Below, piece by piece: positions 20,741 through 31,232 of a stretch of 64,000 nucleotides of DNA (positions are counted from its first letter, which is position 1; each line of letters opens with the position of its first letter). This stretch comes from an uncultured Phycisphaerales bacterium (GTDB lineage Bacteria; Planctomycetota; Phycisphaerae; Sedimentisphaerales; Anaerobacaceae): NCBI GenBank assembly GCA_963718665.1, contig OY970359.1:1408001-1472000 (forward strand), read 5' to 3'. Under the pieces are notes generated by a model that saw nothing but the letters and a program-made list of their open reading frames with translations, was not told the DNA's origin and did not search any database. Position numbers and translations under genes: made by a program.

Positions 20741-20742
20741 AT

Positions 20743-21516
20743 ATGGATAAGCTTGTTATCGCTGGAAGACAATTCAACTCGCGCCTGCTCATCGGCACGG
20801 GAAAATTCTCCTCCAGCAAGGTAATGGCACAGGCGATAGAGGCCGCTGGCGCTGAAATCGTTACCGTGGCTCTCCGCCGGGTCGATATCACAAACAAAGA
20901 CGATTGTTTGCTCTCCGCAATCGACCGCGAAAAATATCTGCTCCTGCCCAACACATCGGGCGCACGCACCGCTGATGAGGCCATTCGTTTATCTCGCCTC
21001 GCGCGGGCTGCAACTGGCATAAACTGGGTCAAACTCGAAGTTACACCCGACCCGTATTATTTGCTGCCTGACCCGATTGAAACATTAAAGGCCGCGGAGA
21101 TTCTTGTTAAAGATGGTTTCATCGTTTTGCCGTATATCAACGCGGATCCGATATTGAGCAAAAAACTTCAGGATGTAGGCACCGCTACCGTGATGCCTTT
21201 GGCCAGCCCCATTGGCTCGAACCAGGGGTTAAAAACGCGGGCGGCGATTGAAATCATTATCGAGCAGGCCAGCGTCCCCGTCGTTGTCGATGCCGGCCTG
21301 GGTTTGCCCTCGCACGCTGCTGAGGCGATGGAAATGGGCACTGACGCCGTTTTGGTAAATACCGCAATCGCGACAGCCGTTGAACCGGCGAAAATGGCCG
21401 AGGCGTTCAAGTTAGCCGTCATTGCGGGCCGAACTGCTTATCTTTCAGGTGCCGCAGCCGAATCAAAAAAAGCAAACGCCTCAAGCCCCCTCACCGGCTT
21501 TTTAAGAAACGAGTAA
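20743..21516 (+). CDS. thiG: Thiazole synthase
   Basis: [48 protein letters not shown]. Confidence 0.96.
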   Translation: MDKLVIAGRQFNSRLLIGTGKFSSSKVMAQAIEAAGAEIVTVALRRVDITNKDDCLLSAIDREKYLLLPNTSGARTADEAIRLSRLARAATGINWVKLEVTPDPYYLLPDPIETLKAAEILVKDGFIVLPYINADPILSKKLQDVGTATVMPLASPIGSNQGLKTRAAIEIIIEQASVPVVVDAGLGLPSHAAEAMEMGTDAVLVNTAIATAVEPAKMAEAFKLAVIAGRTAYLSGAAAESKKANASSPLTGFLRNE

Positions 21517-21523
21517 GAATTAT

Positions 21524-22357
21524 ATGAGGTTCGTTAAGTATCACGCGATTGGGAATGATTACATTGTTCTGGGCCCAGACAAACCCGTTGATTTGACTGA
21601 AAAGCAAATACGCAGGATATGCCACCGCAACTACGGAGTCGGGGCCGATGGTATTCTCTGCTGGTCTGCAGGCGCAGAAGGAAGTCCTTTTACTCTTCGC
21701 ATTTTTAATCCCGATGGCAGCGAGGCGGAAAAAAGCGGCAATGGCCTGAGGATTTTTGCGAGATATTTGTGGGAGCGCAGCGCCAAACGTCAAACGAGGT
21801 TTTCTATAATTACTGCGGGAGGTTCCGTAGAAGCCGAGGTGAACGAAAACGGAAGCAATGTTGCAGTCGATATGGGGCATATCAGCTTCCATAGCAGTAA
21901 AATCCCCGTCGCAGGCCCTCCACGCGAGGTAATTAACGAAAAGATAGAAATAGAAGGTCAGGCGCTAATATATTCCGCCGCAACAATCGGTAATCCGCAT
22001 TGTGTGATTTTGTGTGGGAATGTTTCTCCCGATCTGGCACGGCGTCTTGGACCATTTATTGAGCATGATTCTCGTTTTCCCAATAGAACAAACGTGCAGT
22101 TTATGGAAGTGCTCGACCGCCATAATATAAAAATAGAAATCTGGGAAAGAGGCGCCGGTTATACTTTGGCGTCGGGCAGCAGTAGTTGTGCGGCTGCTAC
22201 GGTCGCTTATCGCCTCGCTCTATGCGATTCTAAAATAACAGTGCATATGCCCGGCGGGAACATCGATATTGCATTGGGCGCAGATTATTCCGTGCGAATG
22301 ACGGGGCCGGTGGCGAAGGTGTTCGAAGGCACAATATCAAAAGAAATGTTTAGCTGA
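21524..22357 (+). CDS. dapF: Diaminopimelate epimerase (first catalytic Cys appears replaced by Ser)
   Basis: KYHAIGNDY, GVGADG, FNPDGSEAEKSGNGLR, IGNPH, WERGAGYTLASGSS. Confidence 0.85.
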   Translation: MRFVKYHAIGNDYIVLGPDKPVDLTEKQIRRICHRNYGVGADGILCWSAGAEGSPFTLRIFNPDGSEAEKSGNGLRIFARYLWERSAKRQTRFSIITAGGSVEAEVNENGSNVAVDMGHISFHSSKIPVAGPPREVINEKIEIEGQALIYSAATIGNPHCVILCGNVSPDLARRLGPFIEHDSRFPNRTNVQFMEVLDRHNIKIEIWERGAGYTLASGSSSCAAATVAYRLALCDSKITVHMPGGNIDIALGADYSVRMTGPVAKVFEGTISKEMFS

Positions 22358-22373
22358 TTTTTATTGAGCCGAT

Positions 22374-23540
22374 ATGGCAGATACGAAAAAACATACCGTT
22401 GCAGATATAAAGACCATTTTGGCCGACAGGGGCCTCGACGGCTCAGGCAAAGATGTCTGGACCAAGCGTCTCGGCGAAATTACTGAAGACGAAGTCAAAT
22501 GGGCGTTATCCCGCAAGCCGGGATATTATGTTCTCGACCGGTTGCTGATGCTCATTTCGCCCGCCGCCGAAAATTACATCGAGCAAATGGCGCAAATTGC
22601 CCATCAGCTCACGCTCCAGCGATTCGGGAGGACCGTCCGATTATACGCCCCGCTTTACGTTTCTAATTATTGCGTCAATGGCTGCATTTACTGCGGCTTC
22701 AGCACCAATCATCGATTTCCCCGAATCCGTCTCACTATCGAACAGGCCCTCGCCGAAGCAGAAATAATCGCCAAAGAGGGTTTCAAAGATTTACTATTGG
22801 TCAGCAGTGAAGATAAGAATTTTATCACGGTTGATTACCTTGTCGAATTAGCGTCGAAACTGCGCCCCAAATTTAGTTCGCTGTCTGTTGAAATCTACCA
22901 GATGTCCGCCGATGAATACGCGAAGCTTTTTGCCGCCGGCATCGAAGGCGTAACGCTGTATCAGGAAACATACGACCGCCAGACATATCGCAAATATCAC
23001 CCCTCAGGCCCAAAGGCCGACTATGATTATCGATTATCTGCACCCGATAGCTTCGGCCAGGCAGGTATGCGCGAAATAGGTCTTGGCGCTCTTTTGGGAT
23101 TAAATGACTGGCGTCTCGAAACGCTTGCTCTTGCCGAGCACGCCCATTACCTGATGAAACGCTACTGGAAATCGCGCGTGTCTTTTTCTTTCCCGCGTTT
23201 GCGTCCAGCGAAGGATGTTGACCGCGCACAGTTTAATCTTCTTTCGGATAAAAATCTCGTCCAGATGATTCTCGCTCTTCGCCTGTGTTTCGCCGACGCC
23301 GGAATGACCATTTCAACTCGTGAGTCAGCCCATCTGCGCGACCAGCTTGTAAAACTCGGCATAACCAAAATGAGTGCGGGCAGTAAAACCAACCCCGGCG
23401 GCTACTCTGTAGGAAAAGATTCTGTTGGCCAATTTGATATTGATGATTCCCGCACTCCTGCCCAAATCGCCGCTATGCTGAAATCTCAGGGCCTCGAACC
23501 CGTCTGGAAAGATTGGGACAGCGCATTTACCGACGCTTAG
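22374..23540 (+). CDS. thiH: 2-iminoacetate synthase (radical SAM tyrosine lyase)
   Basis: LYAPLYVSNYCVNGCIYCGF, YQETY, ISTRES, MSAGSKTNPGGY, VWKDWD. Confidence 0.94.
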   Translation: MADTKKHTVADIKTILADRGLDGSGKDVWTKRLGEITEDEVKWALSRKPGYYVLDRLLMLISPAAENYIEQMAQIAHQLTLQRFGRTVRLYAPLYVSNYCVNGCIYCGFSTNHRFPRIRLTIEQALAEAEIIAKEGFKDLLLVSSEDKNFITVDYLVELASKLRPKFSSLSVEIYQMSADEYAKLFAAGIEGVTLYQETYDRQTYRKYHPSGPKADYDYRLSAPDSFGQAGMREIGLGALLGLNDWRLETLALAEHAHYLMKRYWKSRVSFSFPRLRPAKDVDRAQFNLLSDKNLVQMILALRLCFADAGMTISTRESAHLRDQLVKLGITKMSAGSKTNPGGYSVGKDSVGQFDIDDSRTPAQIAAMLKSQGLEPVWKDWDSAFTDA

Positions 23541-24421
23541 CCCGCATTGTTGCTGGGGTCTTGTTGTTTATCTCTCGATTCTGAAAGCTTCTTCTCGTAC
23601 GAGCTAATACGTCCGGGTCTGGGCTCAATATCAATGGACTGCTTTATATATTCCAATCCTTTTTGATAATCCCCTCTTTCGTAGAGAATAGTACCGAGGT
23701 AATTGAGATAGCAGGCCTTTTCACTGTCACGGGTTGCTTTCTTCGATGTTATCAATTCTTCGGCCTTAGCCATAAATTTATCTGCTTCGGCTGTGTCTTT
23801 TCGAATCATCTCGCAGAAAAAAGCTAATCTGCACCAAAGCTCAACTTCTTCCGGTGCAGTTTCACTCGCTTTGACTAATGCTGCATACGCCCTGTCAAAA
23901 TCTCGGGTATGTATAAATTTGCCGCTCTGTTCACAAAGACAGGCTGCAACTATGGTGTGCAGTGGTTTTATGCGGCAATATTCCGCCATGGTCCAGGAAT
24001 ACAACAGGAGATATACTATGGGTAATCCTATAAGCAGGAATTGAATTGAATCATAAATAAGATGGTCTGAACGGTAATATAAAACTATGACAAACTTTAT
24101 TCCTATTAGAGCCAACAGGATAATTGTAAGCCACGGGATAATTAAAGCGATTCTTCTCAGACGGGCAGCGGATTCTATGCCATCGACTTTGTTGCGTAAC
24201 CGGTCTGAATAAAAAAATAGCGCAACTAAAGAAACCAGAAGAGGCATTGTAATAAATAACACGATTGTTCCGGCCAACCGTAAAGATTTTATTGAACTAA
24301 TACTTAATGCTGCCTTTTGCTCTTCGAATCTTGCCTCCACAAAAGACAGTATAATGGATAAAACAATAGCTGCCCAGACAACAATTAAAATCGCCCGTTT
24401 TGTTTTATCAGTCAACGCCAC
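23537..24421 (-). CDS. Hypothetical membrane protein with C-terminal TPR
   Basis: Four TM segments followed by TPR-like helices (YLNYLGTILYERGDYQKG). Confidence 0.6.
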   Translation of the reverse strand: MALTDKTKRAILIVVWAAIVLSIILSFVEARFEEQKAALSISSIKSLRLAGTIVLFITMPLLVSLVALFFYSDRLRNKVDGIESAARLRRIALIIPWLTIILLALIGIKFVIVLYYRSDHLIYDSIQFLLIGLPIVYLLLYSWTMAEYCRIKPLHTIVAACLCEQSGKFIHTRDFDRAYAALVKASETAPEEVELWCRLAFFCEMIRKDTAEADKFMAKAEELITSKKATRDSEKACYLNYLGTILYERGDYQKGLEYIKQSIDIEPRPGRISSYEKKLSESRDKQQDPSNNAG

Positions 24422-24589
24422 AATACTCTCCTATTGAAGTACAGGATATAATTATATCGTAATCGATGCTTACATACAATTAAAAGCCCAGTTTTTGTGA
24501 GGATGGCAATTACGGTTTTTGGAAGAAGATGGTTTCGGCGAAGCCGAGGAAGTGTTTGCGGGAGCGGATATCTGTGAAGCCAGGTTTTG

Positions 24590-27500
24590 TTATGGGTTGC
24601 TTGAGAGCAATGTCTTACGAAGTTCTCGTTGTTTCCACATCGCATATAAAGGCGGATAAACCAGCAATTCGAGTATGAAGCTGGTAATTATGCCGCCAAT
24701 CATCGGTGCGGCTATTCGTTTCATCATGTCCGCGCCTGTCCCCATCGACCACATAATCGGTATAAGGCCCATAAACATCGCCATCACCGTCATCATCTTA
24801 GGCCGAATCCTTTTGACCGCGCCGTGAATAATCGCCTCTTTCAAATCCGCGAAGGTATTCATCCTGCCCTGTGCCGCCATTTCGTTATATGACAAATCCA
24901 GAAACAGCAGCATAAACACGCCCGTCTCCGCGTCCAGCCCCATAAGTGCTATCATCCCGACCCATACCGCTATCGAAATGTTATAGCCCAGTATATAAAG
25001 GAACCATACCGCGCCAATCAGCGAAAAAGGCACTGCAAGCATTACGATGCCCGTCTTGACGATGTTCTTTGTGTTTATGTAAAGCAGCGTGAATATGATT
25101 AAAAGCGTCAGCGGGATTACGACCTTGAGCCGTTCTCTTACACGCAGCATATTTTCGAATTGCCCGCTCCATTGCAGCGCGTAACCCGTGGGCAGTTGCA
25201 ATTGCGAAGCCACCGCTTTTTTCGCCTGTGCGACGTAACTGCCGATGTCTTTGCCCGCGATATCGACGTAAACATAACCCGCCAGCATCCCGTTTTCATC
25301 GCGTATCATAGACGGCCCAAGCGAAACACTTATCTCCGCAAGCTCGCCAAGCGGTATCTGCGCCAGAAGCCGTCGGCACAAGCACCCGCTGTAGCTTTTC
25401 CAAATCGTCGCGGTAATCTCGCGCGTATCGCACGCTTATGCCGTATCGTTCAGTTCCTTCAATTGCCGTCGTAACATTTTCACCGCCGATTGCGCTTGTG
25501 ATAATTTCTTCGGCGTCCTGTATGCTCAATCCATACCGCGCCAATTGCTCCCGTTTCAAATTGAAGTCCACAAAATACCCGCCCGACACCCGTTCCGCAT
25601 ATACGCTGCGTGTCCCCTCAAGCGGCTTAATTATTTGCTCAAGCTGTGTCCCTATTTTTTCAATCTCACTCAGCTCTGCGCCGTAAATTTTAATTCCTAT
25701 CGGCGTTCGTATGCCGGTCGATAGCATATCGATTCTCGCCTTTATCGGCATCGTCCAGGCATTCGTAACGCCCGGTATCTGCATCCTCGCGTTCATTTCC
25801 TCAATCAATTTTTCCCACGTTAATCCGGGCCGCCAATACTGTTTATCTTTCAGAACCACCGTCGTCTCCATCATCGAAAACGGCGCAGGGTCCGTCGGCG
25901 TATTGGCGCGACCTGCCTTGCCGAATACCCGCTCGACTTCAGGAAACGACATAAAAATTTTGTCCTGTATCTGCAAAAGGTTCGCCGCCTCTGTAACCGA
26001 TATCCCCGGCAGCGTCGTCGGCATATACAGAATCGTCCCCTCGTTCAAAGGCGGCATAAACTCCGACCCAAGCTGGAAATAAACAGGGATGGTAGCTATC
26101 AGCAAAATCGCAGCGCAAGTAATAGTAAACTTGCGATGCTCAAGAACAAAATTGCACGCCGGCTCATATATCACGAACAATCTTTTGCTTACTGGGTGCT
26201 GTTCTTCGGGATAGTATTTACCGACAGTAATTGAGTTATACAATTTCGAGAGCCACGCCGGCTTAAAATACTTGTAATCCATCCGCGTGAAAAGCATCCG
26301 TATCGCCGGGTCGAGTGTTATCGCCAGTATCGCCGCGATTGCCATCGCGAGGTTTTTGCTGTATGCCAGCGGCTTGAACAGTCGGCCTTCCTGGTCAACG
26401 AGCGTAAATATAGGCAAAAACGCGACCGCTATAACCAGCAGCGAAAAGAACACCGACGGCCCCACCTCTTTCAATGCGTTAAGCCGGATGATATGAAAAT
26501 CGCCTTTGCGCCCGCCTGCCTCCCATAGTTGTAGTTTCTTATAAGCGTTCTCAACCTCCACTATCGCGCCATCAACAAGCACTCCTATCGATATCGCGAT
26601 GCCAGACAGGGACATAATATTGGATGTCAGCTTGATGCCGTACATCGGGATAAACGACAGCAGCACCGCGATAGGTATCGTAACTATCGGTATGATTGCC
26701 GAGGGGAAGTGCCACAAAAATATCAGTATCACCAAGCTGACGATAATCATTTCCTCGATGAGCTGATGTTTCAGCGTATCGATGGCCCGCTTAATCAGGT
26801 CCGAGCGGTCATAAGTCGTAACTATCTCGACGCCTTTGGGCAGCGATGGTCTAATCTCCTCGATTTTGGCTTTTACGCTATTGATTACGTTGAGGGCGTT
26901 TTCTCCCTGCCTCATTATCACGATTCCGCCTACCGTATCGCCTTGGCCGTCGAGGTCGGCAATACCCCTGCGTATGTCCGGGCCTAAGACAACGTCCGCG
27001 ACGTTCTTTATCAGCACCGGTGTCCCGCGCTCATCCGTCCCTATTACCGTGTTCTCCAAATCTGCGGGCGATTTTACATATCCCTTTGCCCGAATCATAT
27101 ATTCCGTGCCCGACATCTCAAGCAGCCGGCCGCCCACGTCGTTGTTGCTTTGCCTTATCGCCTCGACGACCTTGGTAAGGGGAATGTTGTATGCCAGCAG
27201 CGCATTTGGATTGATGTTGACCTGGTATTGCTTTTGAAAACCGCCCACAGCCGCGACGTCCGCGACTCCAGGTACGCTTTGCAGCCAGTATCTTAAATGC
27301 CAATCCTGAAAACTCCGTAAATCCGCCAAACTGTTGTTGCCGGTCTTGTCCACCAGTGCGTATTGATAAACCCATCCCAGCCCCGTCGCGTCCGGCCCAA
27401 TCTCAACCGATACGCCCTGAGGCAGTTTCGCGGTGATTTTGCTCAGGTATTCCACTACCCGGCTTCTTGCCCAGTATATGTCTGTCCCGTCTTTGAAGAT

Positions 27501-27788
27501 TATGTAAACGTACGAGAACCCGAAATCTGAAAATCCCCGGATCGCCCGCACGTTCGGCGCGCCGAGCAACGCGGTAACAATCGGATACGTAACCTGCTGC
27601 TCGATAATGTCCGGGCTTCTATCCCACTGGGAGTAGATTATCACCTGCGTATCCGACAAATCCGGAATCGCGTCCAACGGCATATTCTTTATGCAATATA
27701 CCGCCCCGACTATCGCCGCAATCGCGAAGAATATGACGATAAACTTATTTTTTGCGGAAAATTCTATTATCCTGCTAATCATTGCCAC
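24590..27788 (-). CDS. cusA: CusA/CzcA-family heavy-metal RND efflux permease; apparent frameshift near 25360-25364
   Basis: DAIPDLSD.QVI, DIYWARSRV, GPDATGLGWV, GSEFMPPLNEG, RIRPKMMT. The two ORFs join at VLVPTAS(GA)QIPL. Confidence 0.9.
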
Positions 27789-27798
27789 ACCAGCGTCT

Positions 27799-28986
27799 TT
27801 ACTTGTTTGGTTCCGCTGCCTTGTTGAAACCTGCGTTCAATTTGCTCTCTGAATCTATCAGGAAGTTGCCTGATGTCGCAACCTCCTCATTTTCCGCAAG
27901 CCCCTCCAGCACCTCATAATAATCTCCCGCCTTATTGCCGAGCCTTACAACCCTCGACACGAAGTGTCCGTTTGTTCCCGTGACGAAGACAATATCTCGC
28001 GTCCCCGCGTGCATCACCGCTTCTTCCGGCACGGCAAGCTTGTCGCCGAGGTCATATTTTATCACTACGTTGACAAACATCTCAAGTTTGAGCTTGTTTT
28101 CGGGGTTATCGACCAAAGCCCTGACTTTGAGCGTTCTCGTTGCTGCCTCCAGTATTGGGGTGACGGAAATGACGCTGCCCTCGAAAGACAATCCCGGATA
28201 CGCAATCGCCCGGACCTCGACGGGCGTTCCCGCTTTTACCAGTTCCGCCTCGTATTCGTAAATGGTCACATACACCCAGACATTTTTGTCTTCGCTGGTG
28301 GGAAGATACAGATTCTGCTGCGGCTTACCGCGTTTTTCCAGCTCGATTATTTCCTCCTCGTTCATTCCCATAGCCAGCAGTTTTTGCTTCATTGACTTTA
28401 TAAGAGCTCCTGATTGTTCATCTATATAACCTTCATCTTTGTGTATCGTCCGGCTGCTTTTGAACGCCTGCAGGTATTCCTGCTGTGCGGTAAACAGCGA
28501 CGGGTCGTATGCAACCCTTCCCACCGTCAGGATTTGCCCTGACAGATTTTGCTTCTCAATCTTTCCTTTTTTCACCCCGATTAACTGCTGCTTCTCCGGG
28601 CTTATGTAAACCATCGCGGAATTTGTCGCTTCCTCCCCATATACCGGCACATAATCCATTCCCATCTGGTCCTTCATAGGGACAGGCGAAGTAGCTGCGG
28701 GATTCATTGGGTTGCGATAGTATAGTATTTTTCTCTCACCCGTTGTTGTCGGCTTTTCCCCTCCTACTGGGGGGGCGGCTCCTCGCTTCACCAGCGTCAT
28801 ACCGCAGATTGCACAGTTACCCGGCTTGTCCGATGTGAAGTTCGGATGCATCGGACAATAATATAAATCCTTTGCCGACTGCGAAACGTCGCTGGTCTTT
28901 TGTTTATCAGTATGCCGGCCGGGTACAAGAACCCCAATAACCGCCGCCACAATAATAACGCCGACGATAATTGACCGCTTTTTCAT
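27799..28986 (-). CDS. cusB: CusB-like RND periplasmic adaptor with heavy-metal-binding motifs
   Basis: YYCPMHP..CAICGMTL, YYRNPMNP...DQMGMDYVP, C-terminal GNFLIDSES. Confidence 0.88.
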   Translation of the reverse strand: MKKRSIIVGVIIVAAVIGVLVPGRHTDKQKTSDVSQSAKDLYYCPMHPNFTSDKPGNCAICGMTLVKRGAAPPVGGEKPTTTGERKILYYRNPMNPAATSPVPMKDQMGMDYVPVYGEEATNSAMVYISPEKQQLIGVKKGKIEKQNLSGQILTVGRVAYDPSLFTAQQEYLQAFKSSRTIHKDEGYIDEQSGALIKSMKQKLLAMGMNEEEIIELEKRGKPQQNLYLPTSEDKNVWVYVTIYEYEAELVKAGTPVEVRAIAYPGLSFEGSVISVTPILEAATRTLKVRALVDNPENKLKLEMFVNVVIKYDLGDKLAVPEEAVMHAGTRDIVFVTGTNGHFVSRVVRLGNKAGDYYEVLEGLAENEEVATSGNFLIDSESKLNAGFNKAAEPNK

Positions 28987-29013
28987 TATTCAATTCCTTC
29001 TTAAGGTGAGTTT

Positions 29014-29358
29014 TTATTTCGCAAACTGCGGCAGCTTTGCTACGTATTTCTCCGGCTCTGCCAGGAATTTCGCCTTGCAATCCGCGCAGCAGAAATAAAC
29101 CTTCTTGCCCTTGTACTCGACAAAAACATTCTTGTCGATTTTGTTGCCGTCCATTACCGGGCACATCGTCTGCTCAACTGACGCCGCTGCTGTCGCTGTC
29201 TTATTTGTATCTTCTGCCGTTTTAGCCGCCTGCATCTGCATATTTTTCATTGTCGTCTCTTTGGCTGGAGTAGCCGGGTTTTCTTTCTTTTTGCAACCCA
29301 CAAAGCCAAGGGCAAATACCACCGCAAGAGTTGATAAAATTATTGTTGAAGTTTTCAT
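29014..29358 (-). CDS. YHS/TRASH-domain lipoprotein (metal binding)
   Basis: Lipobox FVGC; QTMCPVM...YKGKKVYFCCADCK..F...PEKY. Confidence 0.85.
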   Translation of the reverse strand: MKTSTIILSTLAVVFALGFVGCKKKENPATPAKETTMKNMQMQAAKTAEDTNKTATAAASVEQTMCPVMDGNKIDKNVFVEYKGKKVYFCCADCKAKFLAEPEKYVAKLPQFAK

Positions 29359-29467
29359 TTTTGTTCCCTTTCCAAAATAATATCTTCGCTTTTTACTATG
29401 CTTCGCTATTCTATACTAATCCGAGAGGAATGTGTTTTGCTAAATCTATCCTTTCAGATTACCAATG

Positions 29468-30727
29468 TTATCTCGAATCCAGTTCTGTCCCTGCCAACAT
29501 CTCAAGCTCTGCCAGTTTTTGCTGATTATCCGCAATTGCCCGCTGGAGAGACAGGTGATAATCCAGCAGCGTCCGCTGTGCGTCAATCAAACTTAAAAAA
29601 TCTATTGTTCCTTGCCGATACGCCGCCTCCGACGCCTGCAGCAGCTCCCTGCCCTTGGGTATCAGTGTATCACGATACAATCGTATCTTTCGGATACTGT
29701 CCCTGTATTCATAAAGCGATCGTGCCGCCTTTGTCAGAAGGATGTTTTCTGTCTCAATCTTTTGTTGTTCGATGCTTGCCTTTTGTGCCTGTGCCTGTCT
29801 TTCTCCGGCGCTGTAGCTGTCACGCCACAAAGGCAAATTCATCTGAAATACCATAGCGACGCCGTCTCTGCCGCCTCGGCTGTCCATATCTTCCCAGGTT
29901 ACCCCTACGCCTATATCCGGATAAAAATTCTTTTCCGCAAGTGTAATTTTACTCCCCGCAGCCATTGCCTCATAGTTCAAGCTTGCCAGTTCCGGATTCT
30001 TCTGTCTTAAGATGCTCACCAATCGCTCATAATCCAACTCGACCGCGTTGAATTCTTCGGTCTTTGGCCACGGCAGGTTCGTACCCGCCGGCAGGGTCAG
30101 TGCCGTCCTGAGCCGGCTTACCGTCGGCTCTCGCAACTGCCCCAGCCCTCTCAAAACATCCTCCATCTTTGCTATTTCCACCTGTGCCCTAATTACGTCC
30201 GGATGCCCGGTCTCCGTCGTCAGGTGTTTGGTTCTGGCAACCTCCTCAAAATGTTTGAACAATTCCAGGTTCTCCATTGCTGTATCAGTCGCCCTGGCGA
30301 GATAGGCAAATTCGTAAAAACCCTCCTTTATCTCTTTGTGCAACGCCAATCGCGCCGCCTGGTATTTTTGTTGAGCTGCCGATGTTTCCTTTATCGCCGC
30401 CTGGGTTCGCGCGTCAATCTTGCCAAACCACGGGAACGTCTGCATCACGCCGACCGTCTGCTTCATCTGCAGGTCTGATTGTTTCGTCCAGTAGTCGTAT
30501 GTAAACTGCGGGTCCGGAAGTGCCTTTGCCTGCAGGACCTGCTCCGAAGCCATCTTCATTTGCTGATAGCTGCTCTTTAGCCCGGCGTTGTGCGCCTCGG
30601 CATATTCCAGATAATCTCTCAGGGTCAGGAACTTGTTTGTTTCATTAGGTTCGCCAAAAGCGCACGCATACGGTGACAAAATAACGGCAACAGTCGCCAG
30701 AGATATTGCTAATATGCCTGTTCTCAT
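29468..30727 (-). CDS. TolC/CusC-family outer-membrane efflux protein (copy 1)
   Basis: Signal peptide, ALPDPQ, QTFPWFGK, YRQGTIDFLSLIDAQR, LAELEMLAG. Confidence 0.88.
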   Translation of the reverse strand: MRTGILAISLATVAVILSPYACAFGEPNETNKFLTLRDYLEYAEAHNAGLKSSYQQMKMASEQVLQAKALPDPQFTYDYWTKQSDLQMKQTVGVMQTFPWFGKIDARTQAAIKETSAAQQKYQAARLALHKEIKEGFYEFAYLARATDTAMENLELFKHFEEVARTKHLTTETGHPDVIRAQVEIAKMEDVLRGLGQLREPTVSRLRTALTLPAGTNLPWPKTEEFNAVELDYERLVSILRQKNPELASLNYEAMAAGSKITLAEKNFYPDIGVGVTWEDMDSRGGRDGVAMVFQMNLPLWRDSYSAGERQAQAQKASIEQQKIETENILLTKAARSLYEYRDSIRKIRLYRDTLIPKGRELLQASEAAYRQGTIDFLSLIDAQRTLLDYHLSLQRAIADNQQKLAELEMLAGTELDSR

Positions 30728-30818
30728 TGCATATCCCCTCGAATACAATTTCTCGCTCAATTTATTCGTCCGGGAGCTTCATCTTATACAGGTTTAAATC
30801 TGCCATACAAGAAAATTA

Positions 30819-31097
30819 TTACTTTCTGAATTTCTCCAGTAATTCAATAACCTCGTCTATTTTTTTCTGTTTTTCCGTCTCGGATTTACCCCTCAGCGCA
30901 CCGGCAACACAGCCGTCGAGATGTTTTCTGAATACTTCCCCTTCAACCCTGTGCAGTGCGCCGATACAGGAACGTATCTGGGTCAGGATATCAATGCAGT
31001 ACCTCTTTTCTTTAATCATTCGCTGGATACCGGCGACCTGGCCTTCTATTTTCTTCAAAAACTGCAATTGTTCTTCGTGTGTAGTCGGCTGTCCCAT
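30819..31097 (-). CDS. csoR: CsoR/RcnR-family metal-sensing repressor (Cys-His-Cys, CsoR-like)
   Basis: LKKIEGQVAGIQRMI..RYCIDILTQ...HLDGCV. Confidence 0.88.
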   Translation of the reverse strand: MGQPTTHEEQLQFLKKIEGQVAGIQRMIKEKRYCIDILTQIRSCIGALHRVEGEVFRKHLDGCVAGALRGKSETEKQKKIDEVIELLEKFRK

Positions 31098-31121
31098 ATT
31101 TATACCCTTCTTTCTGTGTAT

Positions 31122-31152
31122 ATTATACCATACCCCCCCACCCTATGTTCAA
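31122..31152 (-). promoter_or_regulatory. csoR promoter with G-tract operator
   Basis: Minus strand TTGAAC-ATAGGGTGGGGGGGTATGG-TATAAT; a G-tract flanked by CATA/TATG is typical of CsoR/RcnR operators. Confidence 0.7.
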
Positions 31153-31232
31153 GGTTTTTTTAAAAATTACGAAGGTTTTTTTGAGATTTGGTTTAAAAAA
31201 ATTCATGTTCTGCCCGATGCGGCTGAAAAGTT

